DNA of 64,000 bases. Source: Octopus sinensis (Eukaryota). Numbering within the stretch: position 1 is the stretch's first letter; each line of letters opens with the position of its first letter. A program made the translations under genes and the position numbers. The stretch spans positions 63,922,001 to 63,986,000 of the forward strand of contig NC_043008.1 in assembly GCF_006345805.1 (NCBI RefSeq). Direction: 5' to 3'. Under the pieces are notes generated by a model. The model was not told the origin of the DNA, ran no database searches, and saw only the letters and a program-made list of their open reading frames with translations. This document shows, one piece after another, positions 24,533 through 38,123 of this stretch.

Positions 24533-25253
24533 AAAAATGGTTGTTTCTTTGCAGGCTATGGACGATGGATTCATTGTTCATAGAAAATGAAACATACCAA
24601 AATAGAAACGCATGAATTCTGCAGTCTGATGATATCATTTATGGTGCAGTGATGTGTTTTCACACATTATCTATAAGGAGAATTTTTCTCCTGAGAAAAG
24701 TTTTTATAGCAAAGATCTTTCCATATCCAAGTGTATATGAACATGATAAATATAATTGTAACCATGTCTATTCAATCATCACTGCTTCATGCATATCTAG
24801 TTTATAAATTCCAGCTTGACCAAGCTTTGTGCATATCAGCAAATGTATTATTTGCTTTTTAGATATAAGAATGGCTGTTTGTTAATGGGTTGCGAAAGAT
24901 GGATTAGGTGTCTGTACCTGACTTAGGATAATGATGCAGAAACACATCTAATCTATCATCCAGTGACATTATTCTCTGTGTTTCAACATACATAGTCTAT
25001 AAGAAGCATTTTTCTCCCTAGACATTTTCCACAATGCAGGTCGTTCTATGTCCAAGTGTACAGGGACATGTTAAATATAACTGCATATACATATAAGCAA
25101 GGCAGCCAAGCTTAGTTGGATATAAAGATTAGCTTTTGGTATTAATACAGCTTCCATCACTAATAATTAATTTTGAATAAGCCTACTGGTTATTTGTGAC
25201 ATCAACATCTTAAAACGGCTGAAATTTGACTAATATGTGTTGACTGATGGTGC

Positions 25254-25299
25254 TTTCCACTGATGAAGTCTAAAAGGCCAAAAGCATGTGCTATGGGAA
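25254..25299 (+). ncRNA. Decayed minimal type I hammerhead motif
   Basis: tttcca CTGATGA agtc-taaaa-ggcc AAAA gc-atgt-gc TA tgggaa; stem I pairs over 6 bp; GAAA has become AAAA. Confidence 0.45.
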
Positions 25300-25394
25300 T
25301 TCCGGCTTGTGTGACAGATGAATGTTGTCTACAATGATCTATGTGTGCATTTATGTGCACACAACCACCCATATGAGAAACTCTCCCAAGGAAG

Positions 25395-25626
25395 GCAGTG
25401 AACTGGCAGAAACGTTAGCCTGCTGGGTGAAATGCTTAGTGGTATTTCGTCAGCTGCTACATTCTGAGTTCAAATTCCGATGAGGTTGACTTTGTCTTTC
25501 ATCCTTTCGGGTTCTATTAAATAAGTACCAGTTACGCACTGGGGTCGATATAATCGACGTAATCCGTTTGTCTGTCTTTGTTTGGCCTCTCTGTGTTTAG
25601 TCCCTTGTGGGTAGTAAAGAAATAGG
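25395..25626 (+). mobile_element. SINE family B
   Basis: Homology to 4159-4385. Confidence 0.8.
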
Positions 25627-27674
25627 TATAATAAGAAACTCTCTCAAGGTTAATAATACAATATTCAATGTTCTAATAAGGCATTCATGTTTAGTTGGAT
25701 ATAAAGATTACCTAATGGCGATTGTTAGATTCCTGATTGCAAGGTCATGGTTTCAATTCCCAGAGCAGGCAGTATATCATACTTATGAGCAAGATTTTAC
25801 ATTTCATGATAACCCAGTTTACTAAGCTATAAAAGGCTACCATCAGGGAAGTACAAATGGAGTACTGTACTTTCAGTCACTTATATGCCATAGGGATTGA
25901 CATAAGCTCTGACCAATGGGTCTATATGCTCATGACATACAAAACTCTCTATTAGACTAACCCATTAAGCCATAGTGTTCTTTTATCATCACCAGTCTTG
26001 GAGACTGTGCTTTAAGAAAGATCATGACTGAGTCGCATAAAGAAAGGATATTAATGAGTGATTTGTAAATTTATTCAAACAGGGATGGAAGAATAAATGA
26101 CTGTATATTCATTCAAATTGAGAAGAATTAATATTTGCATGAAATATTCAAAGAATATAAGAGAGATTATTCAGTTGTAGTTGAAGAAGGCATGTTCAGC
26201 TGATTGGGCTGAGTAAGAATCAGTGCATATTTACCACTGAGTCTCCCTGCTCATACAACAGTAAATTGTTCATGATGACGGTGATGATGGTTATGGATGG
26301 TGGCGATGGTGGTGGTGGTAGTAGTAATGATGATGATGGGAATGATGACGATGATAATGGTGATGATGATGATGTTAATAATAATAATAATAATAATAAT
26401 ATGTTGTGTTGGGATATCCATACTCAAGTTGATTAATCAGCAGAGCAAGAGAATAAAAGAGTTATTGTTGAAAAGACCTTTTATTCAATATTTCTATTAA
26501 TGATTGGAATAAGTTGGGCTTTGAATGGGGAGAATGGATATCTTTGTTCCTCCATTAATGCTCCACCAAAATAGCACTAACTGTATTTATGGAAGGGATA
26601 AATCATAAATCAAAGAATTTCTATATAAATATTAATGAAAAAGTTCATAACATCTGTTTGGTAGATTTGGTAGAGTTTACCAAAGTTTTAATCAGAAGGA
26701 ACGTTAACATCAAAACAACCAAGATTTGATTTATAGCAAAATGCCAAAGAGACTAACATCAGTGCTAAAGGTAGTTACAGCAATAAATTTCTTTGAAAAA
26801 TGAAATTTTTCTTTATTATTAGCATCACTCACTCTCCCTTCCCCCACGTCTCTCTTTTTCTCTCTTCGTTCTTCCTTAAAAGAATCTTGTCCATGAGATA
26901 GGAAGAAGATTCTGTATAACCTCACAGAGTCTTTGTGACTAAACACCATCTTCTGGTGACAGACTTACTGATGAAAACATAGATTGAAAATATGTTTTTT
27001 GAAAAAAACAATTCACACCGACTCATTAAGATTAATTAGATAAAGGAAGTGTAATTACAACAGCAATTCAGATCAAACACATTATTTTAACAACAGAGAT
27101 CATATTGATAAATATTTTTAATAAAACAGAAATCTAAAATGATTATTTCTATTGCTTCGGTATTTTACCTTAAGTTATACAAACAATGAAATATTGCTAT
27201 AACATAAATGAACAGATACGAACACAGCTAAGATGATTATGATAAAATCCAAATGCTAAGAATATTGACAGCATCAGCAACAATGGTATTATAATTCCAG
27301 AGAACCATCTCATCACCTGACATTTTCTTTCCTGATCTCCCATCTCGTGATCACTCACAGCACATATTATCATGGCTTACTCTTTTAGTGTGTTGTGTGT
27401 GTATAAGAAGATGAAAACTGTTTACCATAATAAATAAAATTTATTTAGAATAAATGGTACAAGCACAGCTTTTACATGATGTAAGAAATTCAGTATCCAC
27501 ATGTCTAGGGTCCTTTTGAATAACAAGTAAGATCTAACTAGTTTTGAGACAAAATTGTGAAGGTGACAGAAATGCGTGTGCAGTGTTGTGTGTGTGATTT
27601 TAGTCACAAAACATATTGAGTTCATGGCTTGGACTTACTGTAACAAATTCGTAACAGGTGTCAGCAAAGTTGGT

Positions 27675-27955
27675 AACTAAATTTCTGCATATAACCGATG
27701 AAATCGACCTCCATTCATCCTGAATGATGTCTTTCAACTGTTACATTGCAGGGCTTTTTCTCTTCAACCTTCTTTTCCAAAAATCCCCACAGATGTTCTC
27801 TTGGGTTTAAATCAGGTGACATGGTAGGCCAAGGTAATAACTTTACCTTTTTATCTGATAAAAACTTAGCTGTCATTGTGTGTCTAGGGTCATTATCATA
27901 TTGGAACATGGAATGTCTTCCTAGTTCCTTAATGCTTTTCAACATTATGCTTTTC
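27675..27955 (-). pseudogene. Tc1 transposase fragment related to the 30209-31795 element
   Basis: FQYDNDPRH...WPTMSPDLNPREHLW, nearly identical to 30533-30952. Confidence 0.8.
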
Positions 27956-29327
27956 AACAGTTGATTTTCTCATAGGCTGTGGTGATAAAGTTAGTGGCTA
28001 AACAAATTGCTATGATAAAGCAGGAGAATGACTGTGGTCTGAAATGTATTAAGTAGGTGTCATTATAACAATGGTGATAAGAAGTTGGCTAGGCAGGGGT
28101 CATTAGAAAGACTGTAACCACATGTGGTTTGTGCCTTAGGCAGAACAGAAATTTGTGCTCCTCAGTGTCCAAAATGGCGAGAGAGGTAGAGTGCCCCCAA
28201 AAACAGAATATATAGGTGTCAACTTCTATGCCATCTGATGGCATTTTGTCAACAAAGGGGCGTAATTCAGCTACCAGCAACACTTCTTGTCTTTATCTCA
28301 TTACTCACTTTTACACCTTTAGGATGCAATCTAGCCTATTTTTCCATCACAGCAGCAACTTCGTTGCTTTACCCCGACTCTAGTCCTACCTACCTACCTC
28401 TCTGCCCACCTACCTACCTCTCTGCCTACCTACCTACCTACCAACTTACATACCATTGTCTTGTCATTCCATCTCAGATGTTGTGGCCTTCACACACTAC
28501 TCTTCCTCCTTCCCCTATCTCTGTGATATCTCCCAGTATCTTCATCTTACCCCTCAGGTCCCGATTGTTTTTCTCTCACTGCATTCTCTCCTAAAATTTT
28601 TTTCCTTCTCAATCTTCCACACCTCTCTTACCTTCAATGACTTTCTCAGGATCTCTCTCAACTTTAGACTACAATATTTTTTCCTGTCCATTTTCCCTCA
28701 TATCTTCTGATTTTCTCTTTCATCACTTTAACTTGTTTCAACTTTAAATCTGCGGTTATGTTGGGGTACCACCATTTCCTGTACTACACCTTCATTCTTT
28801 GAAGCTTTCTCTGATATGTGGCATTTGGTGAATAAGGGAGTTTGATGCTGCTGCTCTCATCTGTGTTTCATGCTGTGAGATAGGCTCATCTGGAACCCTT
28901 GACAAGAAGGTTCTTCTATTAATGTTATTTATATCTCTGTAGCTTAGCAGTTCAGCAAAAGAGACCAACAGAATAGGCACCAGGCTGAAAAATAAGTACA
29001 GAAGTAGATTGGTTGTCTGCATGGCTGCTATCCAATGATTGAAACAAGCAAAAGAAACATCATGTAAAATGAATCTTGAATAGTTCTTGTTCTTTCGATA
29101 AAATCTTTTAGCATGCAGTCACCTCAGATCTCAGAACTCTCAATCAATCATTCTTAATCCAATCATAGAAATTCAATAAACGTTCTCTTTCTTTATTTTT
29201 TAGAAACTTGCATAATGGGAAGAATTTATCTAAACTTACAATTTGACTCTCAGCTTTGACTGACTAATTTCATTTGTTCATTCACTTTTACATTCATTTT
29301 TCCATGCTAGCATGAGTTTGGGAAATA

Positions 29328-29892
29328 TTGGGTTGTCTGGAAAGTTCGTGCCGATTTATAGTAGCTTATATTTTGATTTATTTTAGAACATGTTTGAGTC
29401 CATAAAATAGGATTTGACTACACCTCCATTTAGAGCACAGTTTAAGCTATCTTTTCATGGAAGAAGGTTTATGTTCCTATAATATGTGTTAATTCTGTAA
29501 CCCTTTAAAATGGAGAAAAGAAAGTTCATTTTCGGCACTTGATGCTTTGGGAACCAGACAAAAATTGCTGCAGCTCGGCTGGGATGTGTTACCCCACCTT
29601 CCATATTCACCAAATATTGCTCCTTTGGATTTCCACTTATTCAGGTCTCTGCAGAATAGTCTTAATGGTAAAAATTTTAATTCCTTGGATGATGTAAAAA
29701 GATACCTTGATGAATTCTTTGACATGAAACCACCTCAATTCTGGGTAGAGGGTATTTTGAAGTTAAAGGAAAGATGGAGACGCATTGTGCAACAAAGTGG
29801 TTCATATTTGGTTGATTAAAAATGTAATGGCAAGTATTTATTGACCTTTTTCTTTCCTTTAAAAATCGGCACAAACTTTCCGGACAACCCAG
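29328..29892 (+). mobile_element. Internally deleted mariner element
   Basis: TIRs ttgggttgtctggaaagttcgtgccgattt / aaaatcggcacaaactttccggacaacccag; TA flanks; LPHLPYSPNIAPLDFHLFRSLQN C-terminal remnant. Confidence 0.85.
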
Positions 29893-30178
29893 TATATTAT
29901 CGAAACATTTTTTACAGTTGGATGCCCTTCTTGTTGCTATCCCTTACCTGTTTGGCAAGTAAAGTATCACATGACCTTGAAATAATAAAGTGAGTAGATG
30001 ATCTTTTGAAAGTGTGGCAACGACTAAATTACCCATTGCTTAGAACCTTTCTAGAGTACAAATATAAACAAATGCTAAGACACACACATAAAGAGACATG
30101 TACATATACATACATACATACATACATACATACATACATACATACATACATACATACATGCATGCATACATACATACA

Positions 30179-30208
<30 letters not shown>

Positions 30209-30210
<2 letters not shown>

Positions 30211-31795
30211 GTATCTCACAGAAGTATGTACACCCCTAAACAATTTCATTAAAATTGCCATTGCTCTGATAATATCAAAGGAAATCAAATGAAATTTATA
30301 ATGAATAAAATATGCAAACATTCTACCAATTCGAATCACCAAAGAATAAACATTTTCAAAGATATGAAGGAAATATTAATTTTCAAATAATACAAAAATA
30401 AATACACCCTAAAGGATTATTTGCTATATTCAATATTTGGTGTGACTGCCTTTGCTTTCAATGACTGCGTTACATCTTCTGGGCATAGAGTCGACTAAAT
30501 TTCTGCATATAACTGATGAAATCGACCTCCATTCATCCTGAATGATGTCTTTCAACTATGTTACATTGCAGGGTTTTTTCCTCTTCAACCTTCCTTTCCA
30601 AAAATCCCCACAGATGTTCTCTTGGGTTTAAATCAGGTGACATGGTAGGCCAAGGTAATACCTTTACCTTTTTATCTGATAAAAACTTAGTTGTCATTGT
30701 GTGTCTAGGGTCATTATCATAATGGAACATGGAATGTCTTCCTAGTTCCTTGATGCTTTTCATCATTGTTTTCTGCAATACGTTACAATAAAGCCTTGAA
30801 TCTATTGTTCTCTCAATAAATGTGAGTCCTCCCACACCAGCCATACACACGCATTCCCAAAGCATAACACTTCTGCTGCCATATTTCATTGTAGGCACGG
30901 TGCATCTGTCTATTATATGCACATGGTTGTCACCATACTCATTCAATACCACCTGACACCAAACAAGTTGATTTTAGTCACATCAAAAAAGAAAAAGAAG
31001 AAAAAGAAAGGCAACTTGGTTTATGCCTGGTAGTGAGATGAGGCTTTCTATGAGGTATGCGTCTATGAAAACCACACTGGTTCAAACTTTGGTGAACTGT
31101 TTGGGTGAATACACTCTTTCCTCTAACAGAAGACATTACTTGGGCCAAAGATGAAGCAGTACAATGCCTATCATCCATCATGCAACGTTGGATGTGACAA
31201 ATATCACGCACAGTTAAAATAGAAGTATGGTCTGGACGATGTTTATTGCTTAGCTGTCCAGTAGCTTTGTACTTCTGAATTACTTTGGCAACTGTGTTTA
31301 TGCTAATATGTATTCGTTTGCTAATTAACTTGTATCCTAAATCAATTCTTGTGTAAATTAAAAATAATTTTCTTCAAATCTTCAGACAGTTCTTTTCCTT
31401 TGGTGCCATTTTAATCACAGTGAAGAAGATTTTCACCACGGTACACAAATCAGAATTCCTGCAGATGCAACAACAATGACTGGTGCAAAAATACCAGGAG
31501 AAATAATTTATTAGAATTGAAATTATCAGCAATATCGGAATTTAGTAAAAAAAAAGTGGATAAAATATTGAATATAGCAAATTTTCTTTAGGGTGTGCTT
31601 ATTTTTGTATCATTTGAAAATTAATATTTCGTTCATATCTTAGAAACTGTTTATTATTTTGTTCCAAATTTCTATGTTTGCATGTATAATATATTTGATT
31701 CAGTATAAATTTTGTTTGATTTCCTTTGATAATATCAGAATAATGGCAATTTTACTGAAATTTTTAGGGGGTGTACATACTTCTGTGAGATACTG
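30209..31795 (-). mobile_element. Full-length decayed Tc1 element (~1.59 kb) with long IR/DR-type TIRs
   Basis: TIR (c/t)agtatctcacagaagtatgtacacccct at both ends with ~200-bp arms; TA at 30207-30208 and 31796-31797. Transposase from ATG 31409 (minus strand) is frameshifted; KYGSRSVMLW, DNDPRH and SPDLNPREHLW motifs remain. Confidence 0.9.
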
Positions 31796-32155
31796 TATAT
31801 CATAATAATTTTTATCATAGTGTTAATGCCCATTTTTCCATGCTTGCATGAGTCAGAGGTGATTCACTGAGTAAATTTTCTACAACCAGATGCCTTTCCC
31901 TTCATCAACCCTCACGTTTCCAAGCAAGGTGAATATTTTTCTATAACTTGACATGTTTCTCATGCAAGAGTGAAAGCAATTGCCTCTATTTTTATAATGG
32001 CAATGTTTACATCCATCATCTTATAGCAAAATGAAGAGGCACAAAACAACACACACACAACATTCATACATGCATACATACATACACACACACACACGTA
32101 CATACATACATACATACATACATATATACATACATACATACATATATATATATAC

Positions 32156-32363
32156 TTTATTTAAAAGTAGCAGAAATATAACAAAATCTGTTACTCAGAG
32201 TTTCATGTTCCCGTTCATTGGACAGTTTTGTTAACGGGAATGTGAAACTCTGAGTAACAGCTTTTGTTATATTTCTGCTGCTTTTAAATAAAATATATTA
32301 CTCTACCTCTGGTGCTTGAGTACTCTTTTTTCTGCCTTGTTTCACATTTATGTGTTTACTCCA

Positions 32364-32365
<2 letters not shown>
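32156..32365. mobile_element. Inverted+direct pair of a Penelope-like pLTR with minimal hammerhead variant
   Basis: 32156-32215 is the reverse complement of 32233-32292; microsatellites on both sides; homologous to 39471-39624. Confidence 0.6.
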
Positions 32366-32404
<39 letters not shown>

Positions 32405-32407
<3 letters not shown>

Positions 32408-32606
32408 GGAAAGTTTACGAAAATAAACAAAAGACAAAGGCAGGTGGAGTACAAACAAACAAATTTATTAGTATAGTGCTCAGGAATAGAAAAAGTCTTT
32501 TACGTTTCGAGCCTACGCTCTTCAACAGAAAGATACACAGAAAAAAACAAGGAGAGAAACAACGAGAGAAAAAAATGCGTGTTGGAGGTAACGATCTATC
32601 ATGGCA
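32405..32606 (-). mobile_element. Penelope-like pLTR fragment with minimal hammerhead (32496-32533)
   Basis: Minus strand reads tcttt CTGTTGA a gagc-gtag-gctc GAAA cg TA aaaga; abuts (AT)n at 32365-32403. Confidence 0.6.
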
Positions 32607-35600
32607 TCCTGACTTCGGACTATGGACTTCTTTCAGTTTCTGCCTACCAGAATCCATTCCCATGGTTTTGGTCAACCCTGGTCTATAGCAGACACACCAC
32701 TTGCCCAAAACGCCATGCTGTGGAACTGAACCCAGAACCACATAACTGAGAAGAGGGGAAATTCCTCTACAACATTAAAATTACTAAGTAAATGTGGTTT
32801 GACACGTGTCATATCTTCTTTCTTTGTCTTGTCCTATCTTTGTCTTGTCCTATCCTTTGTCTTGTCCTATCTTGTCCTACCCACATGTTTATCCGCCTTG
32901 TAAGTATAGGCTCAAATAAATAAGAAGAAACATTTGTCCACTATTGATCCATCAATTTTTGAAAATCAATAACTTCTACGCGATAACATTGTTTACTTTC
33001 CTTATTCAAACATCATTTCTATGGAATTTACTTCCTTATCCAAATAAATCTAAACTAAATATTCTGCTTGTAGTTACTGCTTCTTAAAATCAGTAATATA
33101 TTCCACAAACTGAAACATTTTCAAACAGGCAATGCAATGCATAAATATTTCCCTCATTTAACTGATATTGTACTTGATAAACCTCATTATTGCCAATTTT
33201 AGCAAAGTAATAGATCAGATAAACTAATTCATATTATGGCTTACTCGATATAAAAAAAAAAAAAATTATTTTGTTGTTAGTTAATGTTAGTGTGTGGCAT
33301 TATTATGTATATAAACACTCTTTACAAGAATACAGATTATCTTTCATTTTTATCGCCATTCTGTTGCATTTATTTGCTAAGTGGAAAATAATTTGTGAAA
33401 AATGGAACAAACTAACTCATTAATATTTCTTCGCAGCTCTAATATGTCTGAAGTAATATAAAATCAATAAAGAAATCAATTGCCAAAATGGGAACACTGC
33501 TATCCTTTAGATTAATGTACCTAAATACAATTATAACGTGATGTTGCAACACACAGAAGTTGACGTTTTTTCCTTGATCTAATAAGCTACAGCCACCATC
33601 TTAAGGAAAAAAAGTATTAAAAAGAGAAATTTTGTTGCTACATTTATCTTTTTTTTGTATGTTTTGTGTTGTGTTTTTTGCTGTTTATTTATATTTTTTT
33701 TCTCTCTTTCATAAAGCCTGATTATGTTTCCCAAAAGAACTGCTTCAAGTGGCTTGGAATATTTGCTACTGATAGGAATCTCTCTAGATAGCAATCCTAG
33801 AAACACATAATTAAAATTATCTCTCTAATCATTGCAATGGATCTCCACAAGATGAAAGACCAAATGGTTAAGTTCTAGATTCTTCATTTACCTCTTGTTA
33901 AGTAATATGTAAGTTTAGAAAGATGAAACCTCAGATAGATAAAGCTATTTATGAACAGCACTAGATCAGATGATGATTATTTCAAAGAAGGCAAAGCCTC
34001 AATAACTACAAGCTTTTGAATATATATTAATCTAAAGCTATATCATCTTGCAATGTTAGGTAAAATATCTAAAATTTAAGTAAACATATTTTTCAACTAT
34101 GAATACTTAACTGATTCATCAAATAACCAGGGAAGTAAGGAATATTAAATTAAAATATACAAGCTAGTATGACATTTATATTATAACTTGTGACATTTAT
34201 ATTATGTGGCAATGAATGATAATGGAAATTCCTTATTTATCTCGTCTTCAATATTTTCTTCCATTTCCATAATAGGTAGTCCTCAGTGTAAGGTAAGTGA
34301 TGTTAACCACTCATTGCTTGCAAATCCACTTTCATCATTGGTCCTTAATTGGAGCAAGCTCAACAGCTCCACTAAATTTCACGCTAAATCTGACTTGATC
34401 CTTATTAACTTTCGAAATGTATGTCTTTTGAAAAGCTCTTCCAGCATAACAATTATCCCTGAAACCAGCCACTTAAGAACAGGCATGAATCACTTTTATT
34501 AAACAGGTTTGGATTCATTTGATGTGAACAGAAATAATTTTCCTCATTGACAAAAATAAGAGCCATTATGTATATCTATAATAATACATATTCATACAAG
34601 CATGCATTATTTAAATATATTCATCTTCTAAATAAACATCAACTATATCTAAGTTCTCATCAAATATCAAAAACCATATCTTATAATATTAATTGACATG
34701 CTTTGATATAAAGTTCACAGTTGTGGTAGTAATTCAAAATTTCTTTTATTATTTATTATTATCATTATCATTATTATTTTGTTGCTCTTTTATTCCTTCA
34801 TCTCTTAATATTGGTATTTGTTACTTACATATTCCTTAATGCAACAAAAGCATTCTCCAGAAACAATATGCTTCTATTGAAAATTCTCTTTGAAGAAATA
34901 TTGATTTTTAACTCAAAATATCTTATAATTGACTTCAAATATACAATCATCGGTTCCATTTAAAGTTTGTTTCATTATCTTCATTAAGATGTTTGATGAG
35001 TTATAGATGTTTCTATAATCTATTTATTAACAAACCCATAGAAATTTTTTTTTTGTTTTTGTTTTTAGATTTTGGTTGTATTCCCCCCCCCCTGAAACAA
35101 CTTCCAGATTTAGAGATTTTTGCAATCCATTAAGAATTCTATAATATTTTCATTCAATTTCTAAAAACTAGAATATGTGTTGTTTGGTTAAAATATATAC
35201 CTGGATAAAAGGTTAAGAGAGAAACTGATTTCAGAAACATGCTTGTGGTTTAGTGGTGCAATATGTAATATGTAAAATATTTTATTCTATTAAGAATGTT
35301 TTTTTTAAATTACATCATATTGTGTGTTAAAGATTTCCATTTTGCCATTTACTGATTTACTAAGTTTCTGATAGTGCAGATGATACAGGATTGTCTGTAC
35401 AACCCGTACAGAACAACTAATGCAAGGTATTTTTGTTACAAAGTACCATTTTAATATTTTTCATACTGATTCTTGTATTTTTTGCCAATGTACAATGAAA
35501 GATACAATCACACATCTACACCCACAACACCATCACACACACACACATATACACATACACTCATATTATATATATATATCATCATCATCATCATCATCGT

Positions 35601-36019
35601 TTAACGTCTGTTTTCATAATACTAAAGAAGATAAGGTATTCATGCCACTCATATATATGTGTCGAAAGTAAAAATATTTGATTACACCTGCGTTAACTCC
35701 ATTTTTTTATTCATATATATATATATATATATATTATATAATTAGGGCTTAGTAAAATAAATTACTTTGTCACATACTGAATTTATTTTACTAAGCCCTA
35801 ATTATATAATGTAATATTTTGAATTCGCCTTAAATGGTCCTTTTACATACTGAACACTTGGTGAAATTGATTAATTAATTTTACCCTCAATTGTTGATAT
35901 ATATATATATATATATATATACTTATAGAGAGGTAGAGAGACAGGCAGGCAGACAGGCAAACAGACAGATAGGTGTAGGAGGATGCCTTCTTTCTTCACC
36001 TCTTCCTTACCTGTAAGTT

Positions 36020-36670
36020 CCATAGTACCAGCAGTTATCACCAGTGATAACTTTTCAAAAGAGTTCTGGAACAACTTCCGACTGTTCTTTCAGTTCACAA
36101 CACTCATTCAGTCATGACTGCATTTGATCTTCTATGAGTAAGTGAGACGCAAATTTCCTTGCAACTCTTTCCATTCGCAATTTCTCACCCAAAAGTCGTT
36201 GGCAGGAGCTCCAAGACACACTGGTCATATCAACAAGTGCATCAAGTTTTTAGCAATGGTCCTCCAAAATCAGTTCATAAATTTTCGTGACGTTTTCATT
36301 CATTCGGGAGGTTGACGTTTGCTCAAGCAACCAGAGACCATTCCTAAAGCATGAAAACCACTCGTAAACTTTTGATTTGCTTATGGTAGCATCCTTGTAA
36401 CCTGTCTGAAGCATGGTAACTGTTTCAGCCACCGTTTCCCCGTGCAGTAAACAGAATATCATGGAAGCAAGCTGTTCATTTGTTTCAGCAATCATAAAAA
36501 TCTATGAAGAGGGGAGAAGCACTGCAAAACAAAGATGCCCCATGTGATCATCAGGAAGCAAACTGGTGCCTGAGGGTTGCATCAAGTGGCTTCTAGCAGC
36601 AGAAACCTAAACTACATTGGGCTTGTCCCACAGAAAACATTTCCAGTTACTTTTGGTTACCTCCTTACAT
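36020..36670 (-). pseudogene. mariner 5' fragment (HTH region)
   Basis: MLQTGYKDATISKSKVYEWFSCFRNG...RMNENVTKIYELILED. Confidence 0.7.
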
Positions 36671-36931
36671 ATGTCCCAAAATACTGTGCATATGCAAAGA
36701 CATGACTAACTTTAACCAATGTAGACCCCCTACTGTAAAGCTTGTTATAAATGTTGTTCTTATTTCAAGCACAATGTTTAAAGAATGCACGCATACAAAT
36801 AATTCTTCTATTAAACAGCATATGAGGGGATGCCATAACCAAAGTATCACATAACCATCAATGCCATCCAATGGGATATTGGAAATATGAGAATTTGTTT
36901 ATTTATTTCTTTTATATCACTAGGCATGTAT

Positions 36932-37336
36932 ACTCTTTTACTCTTTTACTTGTTTCAGTCATTTGACTGTGGCCATGCTGGAGCACTACCTTTAGTCGAA
37001 GACGTCAACCCCAGAACTTATTCTTTGCAAGCCTAGTACTTATTCTATTGGTCTCTTTTGCCGAACCACTAAGTTACGGTGATGTAAACACACCAGCATC
37101 TGTTGTCAAGCGATGTTGGGGGACAAACACAGACACACAAACATATATACACACATACATATATATATGCATATATACGACACGCTTCTTTCAGTTTCCG
37201 TCTACCAAATCCACTCACAAGGCTTTTGTCGACCAGAGGCTATAGTAGAAGACACTTGCCCAAGGTGCCACACAGTGGGACCGAACCTGGAACCATGTAG
37301 TTGGTAAACAAGCTACTTACCACAGAGTCACTCTTA
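36932..37336 (-). mobile_element. SINE family A
   Basis: Reverse complement of family A. Confidence 0.85.
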
Positions 37337-38090
37337 CGAAAACTATATCAGAAAAACTCTTCTAACAAATAGATTTGAAATGTCTATCAACATCAGACAA
37401 GAGCTGCATTATGTTAATTAGGTGGTATAACACTACCAAACTCTGTGTGTGTGTGTGTGTGTTTGTGTGTGTGCGTGCGTGCATCCGTGTGTGTGGTTAG
37501 ATTCTTTCCTTGCATACCTATATGTGTGCAGATCAGAGATAAACACATTCTTCATTTTCTCACTTGATAAAGGTGTTTTAAAGATGAAATATTAAAATAT
37601 AAGAGACAAGTGCAAACCATAAATTTTGCTTTGATGCTTTGAATTTGATAACAAGTTTTTTTTCTTTATTTCTATCATACATTGTAATGGTTTTCTAAAA
37701 ACAAAGTAATATCTCTATTTCACAATGCTTTATAGGAAATTTACTTCGGTATTATATAGATGCAAGCGTGGCTGAGCACTTAAGAAGTTTGTTTCATGAC
37801 CATATGATTTCAATTTCAGTTGCACAGACCAGTGTCTTGTGAATGAATTTGGTAGCAAGAAACTCTGTGGACAACCATTGTGCATGTGTTTGTTCTCTAA
37901 ACTCTGGCAACTAGTTCTGATTTCTTCAACTGATCTCTTTAAGGAAGTGCAACAACTGAAACAGCTAAAAGTATAAAAGAACACACACTTACACACACAC
38001 ATATACACGCACATACACACATAGACACACACACATGCACACACACAAACATATATATACATACATACATACATATATATATATATATAC

Positions 38091-38123
<33 letters not shown>

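Noticed and set aside
26968-26990. CTGATGA...GAAA
   Set aside because: No credible stem I, II or III pairing.
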